Counted from the stretch's first letter, positions 1 through 15,371 are shown. The stretch is 58,355 nucleotides of DNA from Tubiluchus corallicola (GCA_030141605.1 JAQGDQ010000799.1:36210-94564); one strand, 5' to 3'. Numbers and translations are program-made. Notes: a model not told the origin generated them from the letters alone.

Positions 1-4
1 TTAG

Positions 5-615
5 ATTAGGTCGTTTTTGGACAGTGAACAGCAGAAAGATACGTTAATGAGGTATTTGAATTCTTGTACTTTATTACATACTAAAAGAATTCAATTTTGT
101 GGACGGGTGCATGAGGACGCGGGAAAGAGGTTGAACGTTTGATTAGGGGGTGCTGAAATGATTTTTGCCTAGAGCTGCCCCCGTTGCCGAGTTAATAAAG
201 TCGGTAATTCGGCCATTGTAAAGCCGGCGGTACGGCGAATTGGCTGTTTAGGTCAAAATGAGGGAAGTCATTGATTGTCCTTTTTGTTCAAGAAAATCTA
301 ATTTTTTTCGCTCTGATGAAACACTTTCAGTGCAGTGACTGTAACACGACATGGCGGATGAACACTACAAGTAGTCCGGCGAACAATGGCAACTTTGTCT
401 GGTCATCGTGCTCGCTAGTTTTAGCAATCAGAAAATTCAATAACTGTAATATTTGGGTTTTTGCTTTTGACGTGATTGTACATGTATGCAGTTTTGTTTG
501 AAAAGTGCTCAAAGAAATTGCATGAAGTCAGAATAAGCAAGTTTGTGGTACATTTGTGTGTGTGCACAGGCGCAGTGAGGATAGGCTGACTGATCAATAC
601 AAAAATCTAGTAAAG
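5..615 (+). CDS. Two candidate small exons (5-51, 570-615) of an unidentified gene
   Basis: GT/AG sites (gtattt; gcacag|..|gtgagc) with matching phase 2; joined peptide IRSFLDSEQQKDTLMRRSEDRLTDQYKNLVK; no family recognised. Confidence 0.35.
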
Positions 616-822
616 GTGAGCAAGTACATTATTTTAGCAGTATAAAGTTATTATAACAGTTAACACATCATAACAAGTTTAAACTATCGTTTTGCAATCG
701 TACATTAAAATGAAAAGAACATTATGTATAGTGTTTTAAAGTGTTGAAGGAAGGCAGGATGATTTTTCATACACTATTCCATTTTCAAGTATACATTTTA
801 ACATAATTAATACTGCAAAAGC

Positions 823-823
823 G

Positions 824-858
<35 letters not shown>

Positions 859-892
859 GCTACTGCTGTTGTTGTTGTTGTTGTTGTTGTTC

Positions 893-933
<41 letters not shown>

Positions 934-1094
934 GCTGCTGCTGCCGCTGTTGTAGTTATTGTTGTTGATGATGACAATGTTGCTGCTGCTGTTGCTGTTG
1001 TTGTTGTTGCTGTTTCTGTTGTTGTTGTTGATGATGATGATGATGATGTTTCTGCTGCTATTGCTGTTGTTGTTGTTGTTGTTGTTTTTGTTAC

Positions 1095-1125
<31 letters not shown>

Positions 1126-1393
1126 ATTTCTGTTGTTGTTGTTGTTGTTGTTGTTGCTGCCGCTGCTGCTGCTGTTGCTGTTGTTGTTGCTGTTTCTGTT
1201 GTTGTTGTTGTTGAGAATGATGATGATGTTTCTGCTGCTATTGCTGTTGTTGTTGTTGTTGTTTTTGTTACTGCTGCTGTTGCTGTTGCTGTTGCTATTT
1301 CTGTTGTTGTTGTTGTTGCTGCCGCTGCTGCTGCTGTTGTTGCTACTGCTGCTGTTATTGTTGTATTTGTTGTTCTTGTTGTTGTCGTTGTGG
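823..1393. repeat. Compound (GTT/GCT/GAT)n microsatellite with a ~180-bp higher-order duplication
   Basis: Direct reading; source of the poly-N and poly-L ORFs. Confidence 0.95.
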
Positions 1394-1498
1394 TTGGCCA
1401 TGCTTAATATTTATTTTACTTTTGCTACTGAAGTTTACTAATTTCTTTTAATTGAACCACTTGTATAACTTGACTATGTGTTCGAAAATAAATTAACT

Positions 1499-1878
<380 letters not shown>

Positions 1879-3794
1879 AAAATTCTAAAGTTGAGCACCA
1901 CACCCTGCTATGGATCAGCCCTCTTGAGAGATGGCAAACACAGACATGTGTTGATAGAAATTTTCATTTTACAAGGAGCACCGTGAGGCGTGAGAGAGTC
2001 ATTCAATAAGAGATTCCCTGAGGAATATGAAAAAGGAAACATTGAATGGCAATTGGAGTGGCTTCGCGGGCTTCAATTTGTTATGCAGCGTCGCAGAGGC
2101 AGAAATCTCACAATCTTCGTAAAAATTGCACAAATTCAAAGTTTTGGTGATCTAGTTGTAATTCCACGTGCTTGTTACTAAAAGCGTTTTCGTGTCTGAA
2201 AGAAGTTCGGCTGGTGTATCAGCTCCACCTGAGACAAGACGAAAACCCACGGGCTGAATAAAAATAGTTCCCTTAAAGGAAGACAGGGTGATTTTTCATA
2301 TACTATCCCATTTTCAAGTCGGTTAAAAAGTATATATTTTAACGCAATTAGTACTGCAAAAGCCTTTCTGATAATTAAATAATACATTAAACTATTAATT
2401 AACAACCGTTGAGCCCTAGTATTGATGACATCACAAACGTACATAATTTTCAACAGCAAAAATATTCCATGAGCGTGTTGCACGTGTTTGCGAACGCGAA
2501 AATTGAAGTACAGTGCTACTGTAAGATATTTATTGTGTTGTACTAAAACTAGGCATGTTTTAAGATAAAATTTCAAATTTACCGCTGTAGGTAAATGCTC
2601 GCGCATGCGCTGTAGGACGTCTAAGGTTGGGTCCGAAAAGGTAATCTTAAAGCATATACCAAAAACCTTTCCAAAGAAATTTATATTACTTAGAATTTCA
2701 CTTACCTGCTTGAAAGAGTTATATACTGGAAAAGAAAATTCTCGGTAATTTAAAATGTTCCCGCCGACTGGTAAAACGTCACTGACTCACCTTCCCAGGG
2801 TGCACCACTGACTCACCAAAAACGTGTTTTTAATCTTATTGAGAAGATACAGTAATTTAAAATTTTACTTACTTAGCAACATGAGCGTTACGAATGTACT
2901 GATTATTTTTTCAAACTTTATTCAATGTTAGCAAAACTTGTTTCAAATGACTTATCGTCAAAATGGCTGGAGTTTAAGTTTTCAAGTTTTATACAGCGTT
3001 ACTGTTAAAACAAGCTCTGTGCGCAATAAGAGGCGATACATAATTTCAAGATGTTTTAGCTTTACGTAAGTAACGGGTTTTCTTGTGCTTTAAGCAAAAC
3101 CGGATCCAATCTTAAACTGTATGTCAAAACAATCTGCTCTTTAAAATATTTAAAGGAAACATACTATTTTTTTTTTAAAAATTACTTACGTGAAAGAATT
3201 ATTGCCACGCAAACACAATTTCACGTTCGCGCCACTAGTTTTTCGCTGTTACATGCAGTTCGCCGCCATTCGCCGGTTTGACTGGAACTAGCGTCTGCAT
3301 TTCGGAAAGCCTTGCACAAAAAAGAGGTGCTGTACCTCTCAGTTCAAAAGAATGACTTACATGAAAGAATTATTACCACAGAAACACAATTTCACGTTCG
3401 CGCCACTAGTTCTTAATCGACTCAAGAAAACAATGTACTGTCAATTTCCGTCAAAAATATAGTAAGTTTATCAAAAAATTAGATTTTGATGACACTTTTG
3501 CATGAACAATAGGTAAACTACAGTAACTGCAACGCACAACTTATGAAAAGCAATGACGCTATCACGAAGTCCACCAGTTACGTCATAATTTTTAAATGAA
3601 TGGTGGCTACCGCCGCGCCTGAAAATTTCTGTACGGCTGTAGTGTGAATGAGCTTTATGTTTTGTGGACACTTTTTTTGGAAATTTATTTTTTGTACTTT
3701 TCTATGTTTATGTCATAACGGTAAAATAAACCCAGTGTGCTAGTGGACTTTGCCTTTAAACTGCAAACAAGGAGAATATAAATCAACTTGCATT

Positions 3795-4467
3795 GAAAAC
3801 CGGATGATTAATTAGACTCAATCTCATTTTAATTTACTGTGCAAAATATACATTTTCTTGCCTATAAAAGTTAACAGTTGTTCCTTATATTTGAATAATT
3901 AGCTTAGAAAGTTAATTAACGGCAACCGAACGCAGCTATTGCTTACGTCAGAAACTAACCACAGTTTGTTCAATGGCAGGCGTCTTCCCTTGCGCGTCAA
4001 GCACATTTGCATAGGTGTTACAGTACTGTTTAAACACATAATGTCACGAAAAATGGGCTCTAGATCATATGACGTCAGAAACTAACCACAGTTTGTGCAA
4101 TGGCAGGCGTATTCTCTTGCGCGTCAAGCACATTTGCATAGGTGTTACAATACTGTTTAAACACATAATGTCACGCAAAATGGGCGCTAGATCATATGAC
4201 GTCAGAAACTAACACTGCAGTTCATGATCATGTTTATCATGGTACCGCCTTCTATTTGTTGGCCACGCGAACGTGACAAAAAGCCGCCATTGCTAATCTT
4301 AGTAGATTCACTGAACCGCGCGTAGCTTTGAAAGTTGAACAAAATTTGAGTATCCGACGTAATTATTATTTAATCTAAACTTTGATTTAAAAATGCTTTT
4401 GTAGTTTTCAATATTTTAGAGCATTCTTTATTCTGAACGAATATCTACACAATCCTATTGTTTTCCT
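3795..4467 (+). mobile_element. Kolobok-like MITE, family K1, with ~127-bp internal duplication
   Basis: Homologous to 12525-13060; ends GTTTTCCT|ttaa; ~3945-4070 repeated at ~4072-4200. Confidence 0.8.
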
Positions 4468-4833
4468 TTAACTTCATCTGTCTCAAAGGCAAGAAAAATC
4501 AATAAATGTGGCTGAGATCAAAGAAAACTAGCAGCCTAATTCGAGCAGCTTTGCCGGATCAAGAATTCTTGCAACATCAAAAACCCATTGAATAAGCATC
4601 AATACCCCACTCAGAAAACTCTATAGATGTTCTTCAAATCCACGGAAGCTGATGCATCATAATTAATCTGGCAAAGCATCATTTCTGCAGAGATTGATTA
4701 TGTAAAGATGGGTACTGACGCATCATCTTTCTGACTTTCTGTTTGATCTTGCACCAACAACGTCATTCAGAATGTTTCGCAAGCCGCGTGGCGGCGCTGG
4801 TGTCGTTTTTTTTACGACAATGTGGCTCGCATG

Positions 4834-5401
4834 CAGTGGCGGCTCGTGTATAGGTACTGTGGAACTGCAGTGCCCTCTGTTTTCACTCAATATTATCGAT
4901 AATAATAATTATGATTAATAAAAATCTTTATTGAAAATGATACAATGATATGATAGTATAATATTCAATATAATAAGTCTTTTTTCTGTAGTTCTTTCTT
5001 TATACTTCTACAGAAGCAGAGCACGTAAGGGTGGTACTGTTTGCTTCACAGCCCAGCAGAGTGCGCTCACAGCTCTAGCCACATCTTCTTTGGCTGTTGT
5101 GCGCATGCGGCCATGCTCACATGTCTGAGCACAGATAGAAAAAGTACTGTCGTTCACACAGTTTATTGTCAATTGTCACGTGCTTACCGAGAATGGATCA
5201 AGCTTGAACTGCCACTCGTAAGCAAAAATATCTTTTTGTTTAGGATTTTATCAAGTTTATGTATAAATTTTCGCATGTTTGTTTGTTAAAATTACAATTA
5301 CAACATTAAAATGACGTATGTTTGATTCGTTTTACACAGTATTAAAACAATTGCTAAAATTAATTTGAAGCAGCACCCCCCCCCCAGTACGAGCCGCCAC
5401 T
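4834..5401 (+). mobile_element. hAT-like MITE, family A
   Basis: CAGTGGCGGCTCGT ... ACGAGCCGCCACT; interior shared with the other copies. Confidence 0.85.
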
Positions 5402-5620
5402 TCCGAGGAAACAAAGTCGGGCTTCTTCAAAAGCTTTTCATTTCGACGGATGAAAAACTAATGAACTTGTAACTGAAGCTGCGCGCATGCGCAAATCATA
5501 AATTTAATTAATCTGCTTAATGAGTTAATGCTAGAGTTGTCTTGCATGAAATTGAAGCTTGAAATGCCCATGTAGAATTTAATAATTTGTTTTGGATTTT
5601 CATATGCCTGTTCATTTTTT

Positions 5621-6040
<420 letters not shown>

Positions 6041-6380
6041 AAACACTTTATTTCACAAACATAAACACAAGTACAGTTAACAAATCACACACTTAAATAA
6101 ACAACGCATACAGGAACACGTCTCTACAAATGCAGGACTCTTTTTAAACGTCGTTGATTAAAAATATCATAATTTATAACAAACACATCTACATGTATAT
6201 CACAGTGCAGGTTGAATACATTAATTCTTACCAATATTAATTCGTGCCTCTTAATTTAGAATCACGTTTTGTTGAAATTTTATGCACGTAGTTAATCAAC
6301 AATTTCTTAACTTCCACATCTCCACTTTTGTTTAAAATATAAACTTATCAATATCACACGTGGATGGGAATTCTGGAAAA
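6041..6380 (-). mobile_element. 3' end of a 5'-truncated LINE
   Basis: Minus strand reads, across one frameshift, DIDKFIF/NKSGDVEVKKLLINYVHKISTKRDSKLRGTN*, resembling RT-ORF C-termini, then a UTR, AATAAA and a (TAT)n tail. Confidence 0.5.
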
Positions 6381-7040
6381 CTTCCACGTCTCCACTTTTG
6401 TTTAAAAATATAAACTTATCAATATCACACGTGGATGAGAATTCTGAAAAACTTCCACATCTCCACTTTTGTTTAAAAATACAAACTTATCAACATCACA
6501 CGTGGATGAGAATTCTGAAAAACTTCCACATCTCCACTTTTGTTTAAAAATACAAACTTATCAATATCACACATGGATGAGAATTCTGGAAAACTTCCAC
6601 ATCTCCACTTTTGTTTAAAAATATAAACTTATCAATATCACACATGGATGAGAATTCTGGAAAACTTCCACGTCTCCACTTTTGTTTAAAAATATAAACT
6701 TATCAATATCACACATGGATGAGAATTCTGGAAAACTTCCACATCTCCACTTTTGTTTAAAAATATAAACTTATCAATATCACACATGGATGAGAATTCT
6801 GGAAAACTTCCACGTCTCCACTTTTGTATAAAATATAAACTTATTAATATCACACGTGGATGAGAATTCTGGAAAACTTCCACGTCTCCACTTTTGTTTA
6901 AAAATATAAACTTATCAATATCACACGTGGATGAGAATTCTGGAAAACTTCCACATCTCCACTTTTGTTTAAGAATATAAACTTATCAACATCAAACGTG
7001 GATGAGAATTCTGGAAAACTTCCACTTGTCCACTTTTGTT
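6311..7040. repeat. 71-bp tandem repeat, ~10 copies
   Basis: Unit CTTCCACRTCTCCACTTTTGTTTAAAAATATAAACTTATCAATATCACACRTGGATGAGAATTCTGGAAAA. Confidence 0.95.
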
Positions 7041-7199
7041 TAATTAAAATATTAATAAACAAGTTTTGAATGAATATTTTTAATTATTATAATTCACTCT
7101 TTAATATTGGTAACTAGCTTAAAACTTCATTAACATTAAAATGAATTGTGAATATTCAAAAACTGTCAATGAACTGACTTAAATTCACCTGTCTGTCCA

Positions 7200-7510
7200 T
7201 TTCAGCTACAGTAAGAAGTAAACCATTTCAGTACTATTAGGCACAAGACATCCTCTTCTTTGGTATGCCAGGCGACTTGTATGGAACGAGTAACAAGTGA
7301 CAGTGGGTAACGCTGAAATGTGTTTCTTATGAGCAGGGTGTAACTTGAAAAAATTGTCGCCCGATGGCGCTTTTGAGCAGTAATGAGCGCACGTAGGGCG
7401 CAACACGCAAACATGTAGGGTATATGTTCTGACGAAGTCAGCAGGTAGATTCGAACTCAAGGCTGCGTGGTTGCAGTCCGAGATCTTGACCACTCAGCCA
7501 CACAATCCAC
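7200..7510 (-). mobile_element. tRNA-derived SINE-like element
   Basis: Minus-strand head has A box TGGCTGAGTGG, a CTGCAA loop and B box GAGTTCGAATC, followed by a non-tRNA body; 3' boundary approximate. Confidence 0.65.
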
Positions 7511-7529
7511 GACAAACCGCTGCTAACAG

Positions 7530-8355
7530 GTAAAGCCGCCATAAGTAATTTTCGTGCTAGTCATCTATCCACTTACTAGCCATGCACAGCAATGCCTAAT
7601 TTTAATAGTAAAGCAAATCACGTGACGACGTGACCTCGCTGCTACATAACGCACAACGAACGTGACTAAACAACTATAATTGACTGCCGCCAATAACCGA
7701 TTTTCATGCTAGTCACCTACGGACTTACTAGCCAGGCACAGCATTGCCTAATATCGATAGCTAAGTAAACCATGTGATGGAGTGACCACTCAGCTATATA
7801 ACGCATAACAGAAGTAACTAAACAACTATAGAGTGCTCCTTATAAGCGATTTTCATGCTAATCACCTATCCACTTACTAGCTGGAGCCAGCAATGCCTAA
7901 TATCGATAGCAAAGTAAACCACGTAACGGTGTGGCAACTCAGTTAACGCATAACAGAAGTAAGTAAATATAAACTGCTGCCAATAACCGATGTGCATGCT
8001 AGTTGCCTATCCAGTTACTAGCCAGCCCTAACAATGCCTAATTTCGATAGCAAAATACAACATGTGACAGCGTGACTACGCAGCTAACCCGCAATGGAAA
8101 TGACTACTGCCGCATATAAGCGATTTTCGTGCTACTCACCTATCCAGTTACTACCCAGACCCAGCAATCGCTAACTTCGATTGCAAAGTACACCACGTGC
8201 ATTCAGCTAATGCATAACAGAACTAAACAACTATAGACTGTCGCCTATAAGCGCTTTTCGTGCTAGTCGCCTACCCGCTTACTAACCAGGCACAACAATG
8301 CTTAAATTTGATAGCTAAGAGTACACCACGTGACGGCATGCCCACTCAGCTAAAT
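7530..8355. repeat. Old, diverged ~130-150-bp tandem repeat, ~6 copies
   Basis: Recurring blocks TTTTCRTGCTAGTCACCTATCCACTTACTAGC...CAATGCCTAAT..CGATAGC. Confidence 0.85.
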
Positions 8356-8755
8356 GAACAAGCAATGACTGACGCAAAGAGTAATTCTTGCACAATAAAT
8401 GTGAAAAAGCATTAATCACTAGTCACAGCAGAGCACCTAACAAACAGCCGTGCCACGTCAGATTAAAGCATCACTACGTCTGCTGCATCCTCATCCTTCA
8501 GATGTTCTGCCGTAAAGACGACGCAAAAGTCATTACCGCGACGTGACAGTATTTACAGTTACGATGTTTGACGCACGGCAACTGTTCCGTAATGACGCAA
8601 CAACCATTCGTTGCTATCGGTAGTTAACAGAGCGCAAACGAAATATCAAAGTCGTTAAGTTGTCTGTAAATCACGGTGTAATTCCGCCCCCCCCCCCTTT
8701 CTCGGCATTATTAGAACACGTATGATTTACGTCGTCTCCCAGGACCTGCTGATTA

Positions 8756-9826
8756 CAGTGGCGGTTCGTGTATAGGTACTGTGTGAAACTGCAGCACCCC
8801 CTATTTTCACTCAGTAGTATCGATAATGTTCAATATGATAAGTCTTTTTTCTTTAGTTCTGTCTTTATACTTGTACGGAACCAGAGCACGTGAGGGTAGT
8901 ACTGTTTGCTTCACAGTCCAAGCTACGCGGTGTTTGGCTGCTGCGCGCATGCGGGAATGCGCATTGTCTGTGCGCAGGTAGAGAAAGTACTGTTGCTCAC
9001 ACAGTTTAGTTGTCAGTTGTGATCCGGCTTACCGAGAATGGATCAGTCTTGAACGGCAGCTCCCCCCCCCCATTTTCACTCAATATTATCGATAATATTC
9101 AATACAGTAAGTCTTTTTTCTTTAGCTCTTTCTTTATACTTGTACGGAACCAGAGCACGTGAGGGTAGTACTGTTTGCTTTGCAGCTCAGCACAGTAATG
9201 TGTTTGGCTGTTGTGCGCATGCGGCCATGCGCACATGTCTGAGATAAAACGCTGTACGCTAGCGTCTACTGCTAGGTAGAAAAGCACTGTCTCTAACACA
9301 GTAACAATTGCCACGTGCTTGCCGTTTACAGTCATATTCTTGGACGTGATAAAGTGTAAACTTAGCCTGTGCGCTTAAAACATAAATTATTTGATAATGG
9401 ACGCCTTGCATCCCCAAGAAATAAGTTCTGTGACTGTAAGTGAACTACAACAGCTTAATTTTTTACAATTGTCTCCCCATGAGAAAGTTGCAGGTAAGAA
9501 AGGAGGCCATTCAACACCCGATCTTTAAACATAACTACAACCTATAAAATAACATATGTTTGTTTGTTTACAAATACAACTACGACATTAAAATTACATG
9601 TTTGTTTGTTTACATTTGCAACTACAACATCAAAATACTTTTTGTTTAGGATTTTATCAAGTTTATGTATAAATTTTCTTATGTTTGTTTGTTTGTTTAA
9701 AATTAAAATTACAAATTACTACATTAAAATTACATGTTTGTTTCGTTTTTATTCACAGTATTAAAACAATGGCTAAACATTTTTTGAAGCAGCACCCTCA
9801 CTAATCTTAGCTACGAGCCGCCAATG
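8756..9826 (+). mobile_element. hAT-like MITE, family A, with internal duplication and insertion
   Basis: CAGTGGCGGTTCGT ... ACGAGCCGCCAATG; segment ~8800-9060 repeated at ~9070-9325; unrelated ~9330-9540 insert. Confidence 0.8.
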
Positions 9827-9854
9827 TTGCTAAATTATTTATTTTTCCCAATAG

Positions 9855-9948
9855 AGACCGCTAGTGAGCTAGAGAAAGAGATAAAGACCACCGACCTATC
9901 AGAATTGCTGGAAAATTGGAGAAAATTCGCGCAGCAATGTGATCAAAG
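9855..9948 (+). CDS. Candidate exon, unidentified gene
   Basis: tttttcccaatag|..|gtaatc; open frame TASELEKEIKTTDLSELLENWRKFAQQCDQ. Confidence 0.35.
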
Positions 9949-10370
9949 GTAATCAGCGCATGATAAATGAACGTGTTACTCGGGTCGTGGATTTAGTTAG
10001 GAAGCTGATTTAGTCTGAAAAACGGTGAACCGGATATGAGAACGTAGATCAAATCACGAGAAACCGTGCCACTTACATGAAGCTTGAAAGTTCGTCTTGA
10101 AATTTTATAACATCTATTTAATGCCTTTTGCACACAGTGTTGCGTCGGCGGTAACGCCGTATAAAACACGTTAATTTAAATTCCCGCGACGACCGTTAGA
10201 CGCCGCCATTTTGATGACAAGTCGCTTGAAACAAGTGTAGATAACATTAAGTAAAGTTTGTAAAAATAATCAGAGCATTCGTAGCATACATGTTGCTAAC
10301 TAAGTAAAATTTTAAATTACTGTATCTTGTCAATAAGATTAAAATACGTTTTTGGTTAGTTAGTGGTGTA

Positions 10371-11068
10371 CTGGCACAGCTAGGCACTTTTTATTATTAT
10401 TATAATTATTTAATTTTAAAATGTAGTGTGAGTGTCTTCACCTGTTGGCACAGCTAGGCACTTTTTATTATTATTATTATTATAATTCTTTATTTTTAAA
10501 AACCAAGTATGAGTGTTTCCACCTGTTGACACAGCTAGGCACTTTTTATTATTATGATAATTATTTATTTTTAAAATCTAGTGTGAGTGTCTCCACCTGT
10601 TGGCACAGATAGGCACTTTTTATTATTATGATAATTATTTATTTTTAAAATCTAGTGTGAGTGTCTCCACCTGTTGGCACAGCTAGTCACTTTTTATTAT
10701 TATGATAATTATTTATTTTTAAAATCTAGTGTGAGTGTCTCCACCTGTTGGCACAGCTAGGCACTTATTATTATTATTATTATTATAATTCTTTATTTTT
10801 AAAAACTAAGTATGAGTGTTTCCACCTGTTGACACAGCTAGGCACTTTTTATTATTATAATTCTTTATTTTTAAAAACTAGTGTGAATGTCTCCACCTGT
10901 TGGCACAGCTAGGCACTTTTTATTATTATTATTATAATTCTTTATTTTTAAAAACTAAGTATGAGTGTCTCCACCTGTTGACACAGCTAGGCACTTTTTA
11001 TTATCATGATAATTATTTATTTTTAAAATCTAGTGTGAGTGTCTCCACCTGTTGGCACAGCTAGGCAC

Positions 11069-11124
<56 letters not shown>

Positions 11125-11370
11125 ATTCTTTATTTTTAAAAACTAAGTATGAGTGTCTCCACCTGTTGACACAGCTAGGCACTTTTTATTATTATGATAA
11201 TTATTTATTTTTAAAATCTAGTGTGAGTGTCTCCACCTGTTGGCACAGCTAGTCACTTATTATTATTATTATTATTATAATTCTTTATTTTTAAAAACTA
11301 GTGTGAGTGTCTCCACCTGTTGACACAGCTAGGCACTTTTTATTATTATAATTCTTTATTTTTAAAAACT
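10371..11370. repeat. ~70-110-bp tandem repeat with an embedded variable (TTA)n, ~13 copies
   Basis: Core GAGTGTCTCCACCTGTTGRCACAGCTAGGCAC; two interleaved variants. Confidence 0.93.
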
Positions 11371-11445
11371 ATGTACAGAATACATTCCCTCTATTTGTAG
11401 GGATTTTTTTAAAATTTCTAAAAGCATTTACAACGTATTAAACCT

Positions 11446-11448
<3 letters not shown>

Positions 11449-11541
<93 letters not shown>
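11449..11541. repeat. (CA)n/(TA)n microsatellite
   Basis: Direct reading. Confidence 0.97.
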
Positions 11542-11544
<3 letters not shown>

Positions 11545-12056
11545 ATTTAGAACCCAGCGCATGAGACACATTGAACGACAACGATCATATACAATAGACA
11601 TAGTTACAGATTATAATCCAACACTACATACATACATAATAAAAGATAACGGACATATTTTAATACTTAGTAACGAAAATGTACACGCATTATACACAAT
11701 GAAAAACAGCGAGTACAATTATAATAAACCTAATTACCAATTCTAAACTCTAGCGAATTAAAACTAGTTCTGGTTGTTCTATTAGCAGGTTTTTGGCAAC
11801 GCTAATCGCGCCAGTCGCTATGCAAACGTGTGAAACTACCAGCGATCCATTCAAGCTCAGTTCATTGTACTCGCGTCTTGTGATACCCGCAAGGCCTGCA
11901 TTATTTTAACGCGAAATTTACGATTAATAATTCATTAGCTGAGTGTGAAACGATCTATGGGTTTAATCACTTTGTTATGACCTTCAGGTAAACGATGGAT
12001 TAGGGCAATAGTGGCTACGTTACAGCTTCTTCGCAAATTGACGTTTTTCACTGCAG

Positions 12057-12116
12057 ATAATGATGCAGGCGATGCAGCTACAGAAGCGACATCTAGTGTA
12101 GAAATAACCTATGCAG
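12057..12116 (+). CDS. Candidate 60-nt symmetric exon, unidentified gene
   Basis: tttttcactgcag|..gcag|gtaaat; phase-1 frame NDAGDAATEATSSVEITYA. Confidence 0.3.
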
Positions 12117-12580
12117 GTAAATAACTAGAGCATACGTAATAAACTTATTTCTTATCAACGAGACCTGGATTAATCATTAAAGGAAAACCGGACGATTGTT
12201 TAGACTCCATCTCATTTTAATTTACTGTCCAAATGTACAGGCGATACAGCTACAGAAGCGACACCTACTGTAGAAATAACCTATGCAGGTATATAACTAG
12301 AGCATACGTAATAAACTTATTTCTTATCAACGAGACCTGGATTAATCTTTAAAGAAAAACAGGACGATTGTTTAGACTCCATCTCATTTTAATTTACTGT
12401 CCAAATGTACAGGCGATGCAGCTACAGAAGCGACATCTAGTGTAGAAATAACCTATGCAGGTATATAACTAGAGCATACGTAATAAACTTATTTCTTATC
12501 AACGAGACCTGGATTAATCATTAAAGGAAAACCGGACGATTGTTTAGACTCAATCTCATTTTAATTTACAGTCCAAAATA
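12066..12580. repeat. 172-bp triplication spanning a candidate exon and a MITE terminus
   Basis: GCGAT.CAGCTACAGAAGCGACA starts at 12069, 12241 and 12413. Confidence 0.95.
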
Positions 12581-13060
12581 TACATTTTCTTGCCTATAAA
12601 AGTTAGCAATTGTTTTTATTTGAATAATTACTATGGAAAGTTAATTAAAGGCAACCGAACACACTTATCGCTTACGTCACAAACTAACCACAGTTTGTAC
12701 AATGGTAGGAATCTTCGCTGCACGCCAAGCGCGAATACTGCTATAAGACACTGATGTTATGTCGCAAAAATGAGCTCTACGTCACAGTCGAACACTGCAG
12801 TTCATGATCATGCTTATCACGGTACTGTACCTATTTGTCGAGCACACGAATGCGGCAAAAAGACCTCATTGTCAGTCTTAGTGGATTCACTGAGACGCGC
12901 GTAACTTTGACAGTTTAACAATATTTAACTATCAGAGGTGATTATTATTTAATCTAAGCTTTGATTTAAAAAAACCTATTGTAGTTTTCAGTTTTTATGG
13001 CATACTTGTACCTAGGTACTTGATTTTAGAGTAATGTCTACACAATCGTCCGGTTTTCTT
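12525..13060 (+). mobile_element. Kolobok-like MITE, family K1
   Basis: ttaa|AGGAAAACCGGACGATTG ... CAATCGTCCGGTTTTCTT|ttag. Confidence 0.85.
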
Positions 13061-13231
13061 TTAGGCGAAAAATAAGCACGTGCTTAGAACCACAGGGGAA
13101 GAGGGACCCAGACAACTTTTGTTTCAAATCGAATAATTACCTAAAGTAAAAATATATCAGAATACGTGTTTCGGTTTCTGTGTTTCTTTACAATATAACG
13201 GTCCGGATGTTAACATATACAATATACATAA

Positions 13232-13835
<604 letters not shown>

Positions 13836-13837
13836 AC

Positions 13838-13907
13838 AGCCCATCCTACTCATACTCCCCTGCCGGGCCACAGTCTCCCACAAGTGATAAAGAATGCAAT
13901 TAGTCAC
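13838..13907 (-). CDS. Candidate second exon of the dispanin gene
   Basis: tgcag|GTG..|gtatgt, phase 0 in; VTNCILYHLWETVARQGSMSRMG only loosely resembles the CD225 loop and lacks the GD motif. Confidence 0.35.
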
Positions 13908-14494
13908 CTGCACTAATCAAGCTTTGCTAATTATTCAATCTGGAGACGCGGTATATTTTCCTTAACTAATCTTAACACTGACTAACAGTGCCGCTTTTTA
14001 TGGAAACAGACACAAGGACATACAAACCGCGAAGATTTCTTGTATAAATAGTAACGCTGGTCTACAAACAAAGCATTAGTTTATAAACACGACATTTTCC
14101 TCCAGGCGCATGTACCCGATAGATAGTCAATCTTCTAAATTTGCACTGTTATTTCCACATCCGACATAACGAGCTCGAATATATGATTAATAATGCCCGC
14201 CAAGTTGAATGGTTGTTTATCGATTGAGAATACTTTGGCTGATGGTGATATTTGTAATGACTGAAGCAACTGAACATGTAAAGGTTAAGGCACCAAATTT
14301 GGAGATTTTTTGGCTAAGATTTAGCGTTGTTTAAAGCACCAGCACCAAAGACTGTAAGTTTAAAGCGTTGCCCAGCCCATTTAAGAATGAAAGTGCCCTT
14401 GGGGGGGTGGGGGGGTGGTCCTTGTTGTTTGGAACTGCTTAGATCAGTAGCAGCAGTAAGAACTGCATTTCAGGGATAGCTGCCACAAGTTGAC

Positions 14495-15371
14495 TTTCCT
14501 CCTTGTAGCACACAATACAACAGCCCCACCTGTACCCATGACAGTAGGGGGAACCCAGCATGACAGAACAGGCCTAAGAATTCCTCCTTGTAGCACACAA
14601 TACAACAGTGCCACCTGTACCCATGACAGTAGGGGGAGCCCAGTATGACAGAGCAGGCCTAAGAATTCCTCCTTGCAGCACACAATACAACAGCACCACC
14701 TGTACCCGTGACAGTAGGGGGAGCCCAGCATGACAGAACAGGCCTAAGAATTCCTCCCTTGCCTTCACAATCCAACAGCGCCACCTGTACCACTTGACAG
14801 TAGGGGGAGCCCAGTATGACAAGAGTTTGGTCTAGGGTAGCCAGCAGCCTTCACAATACAACAAGCTCCACCTGTACCCCATGACAGTAGAGCCCAGCAT
14901 GACAGAACAGGCCTAAGAATTGCTCCTTGTAGCACACAATATAACAGCGCCACCTGTACCCATGACAGTAGGGGGAGCCCAGCATGACAGAACAGGCCTA
15001 AGAATTGCTCCTTGTAGCACACAATACAACAGCGCCACCTGTACCCATGACAGTAGGGGAGCCCAGCATGACAGAACAGGCCTAAGAATTGCTCCTTGTA
15101 GCACACAATATAACAGCGCCACCTGTACCCATGACAGTAGGGGGAGCCCAGCATGACAGAACAGGCCTAAGAATTCCTCCTTGTAGCGCACAATACAACA
15201 GCGCCACCTGTACCCATGACAGTAGGGGGAGCCCAGCATGACAGAACAGGCCTAAGAATTCCTCCTTGCAGCACACAATACAACAGCACCACCTGTACCC
15301 ATGACAGTAGGGGAAGCCCAGCATGACAGAACAGGCCTAAGAATTCCTCCTTGTAGCACACAATACAACAG
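14495..15371. repeat. 85-bp tandem repeat, ~10 copies, in the dispanin intron
   Basis: CCTAAGAATT at 14573, 14658 and onward; explains the many Cys/Leu-rich ORFs. Confidence 0.95.
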
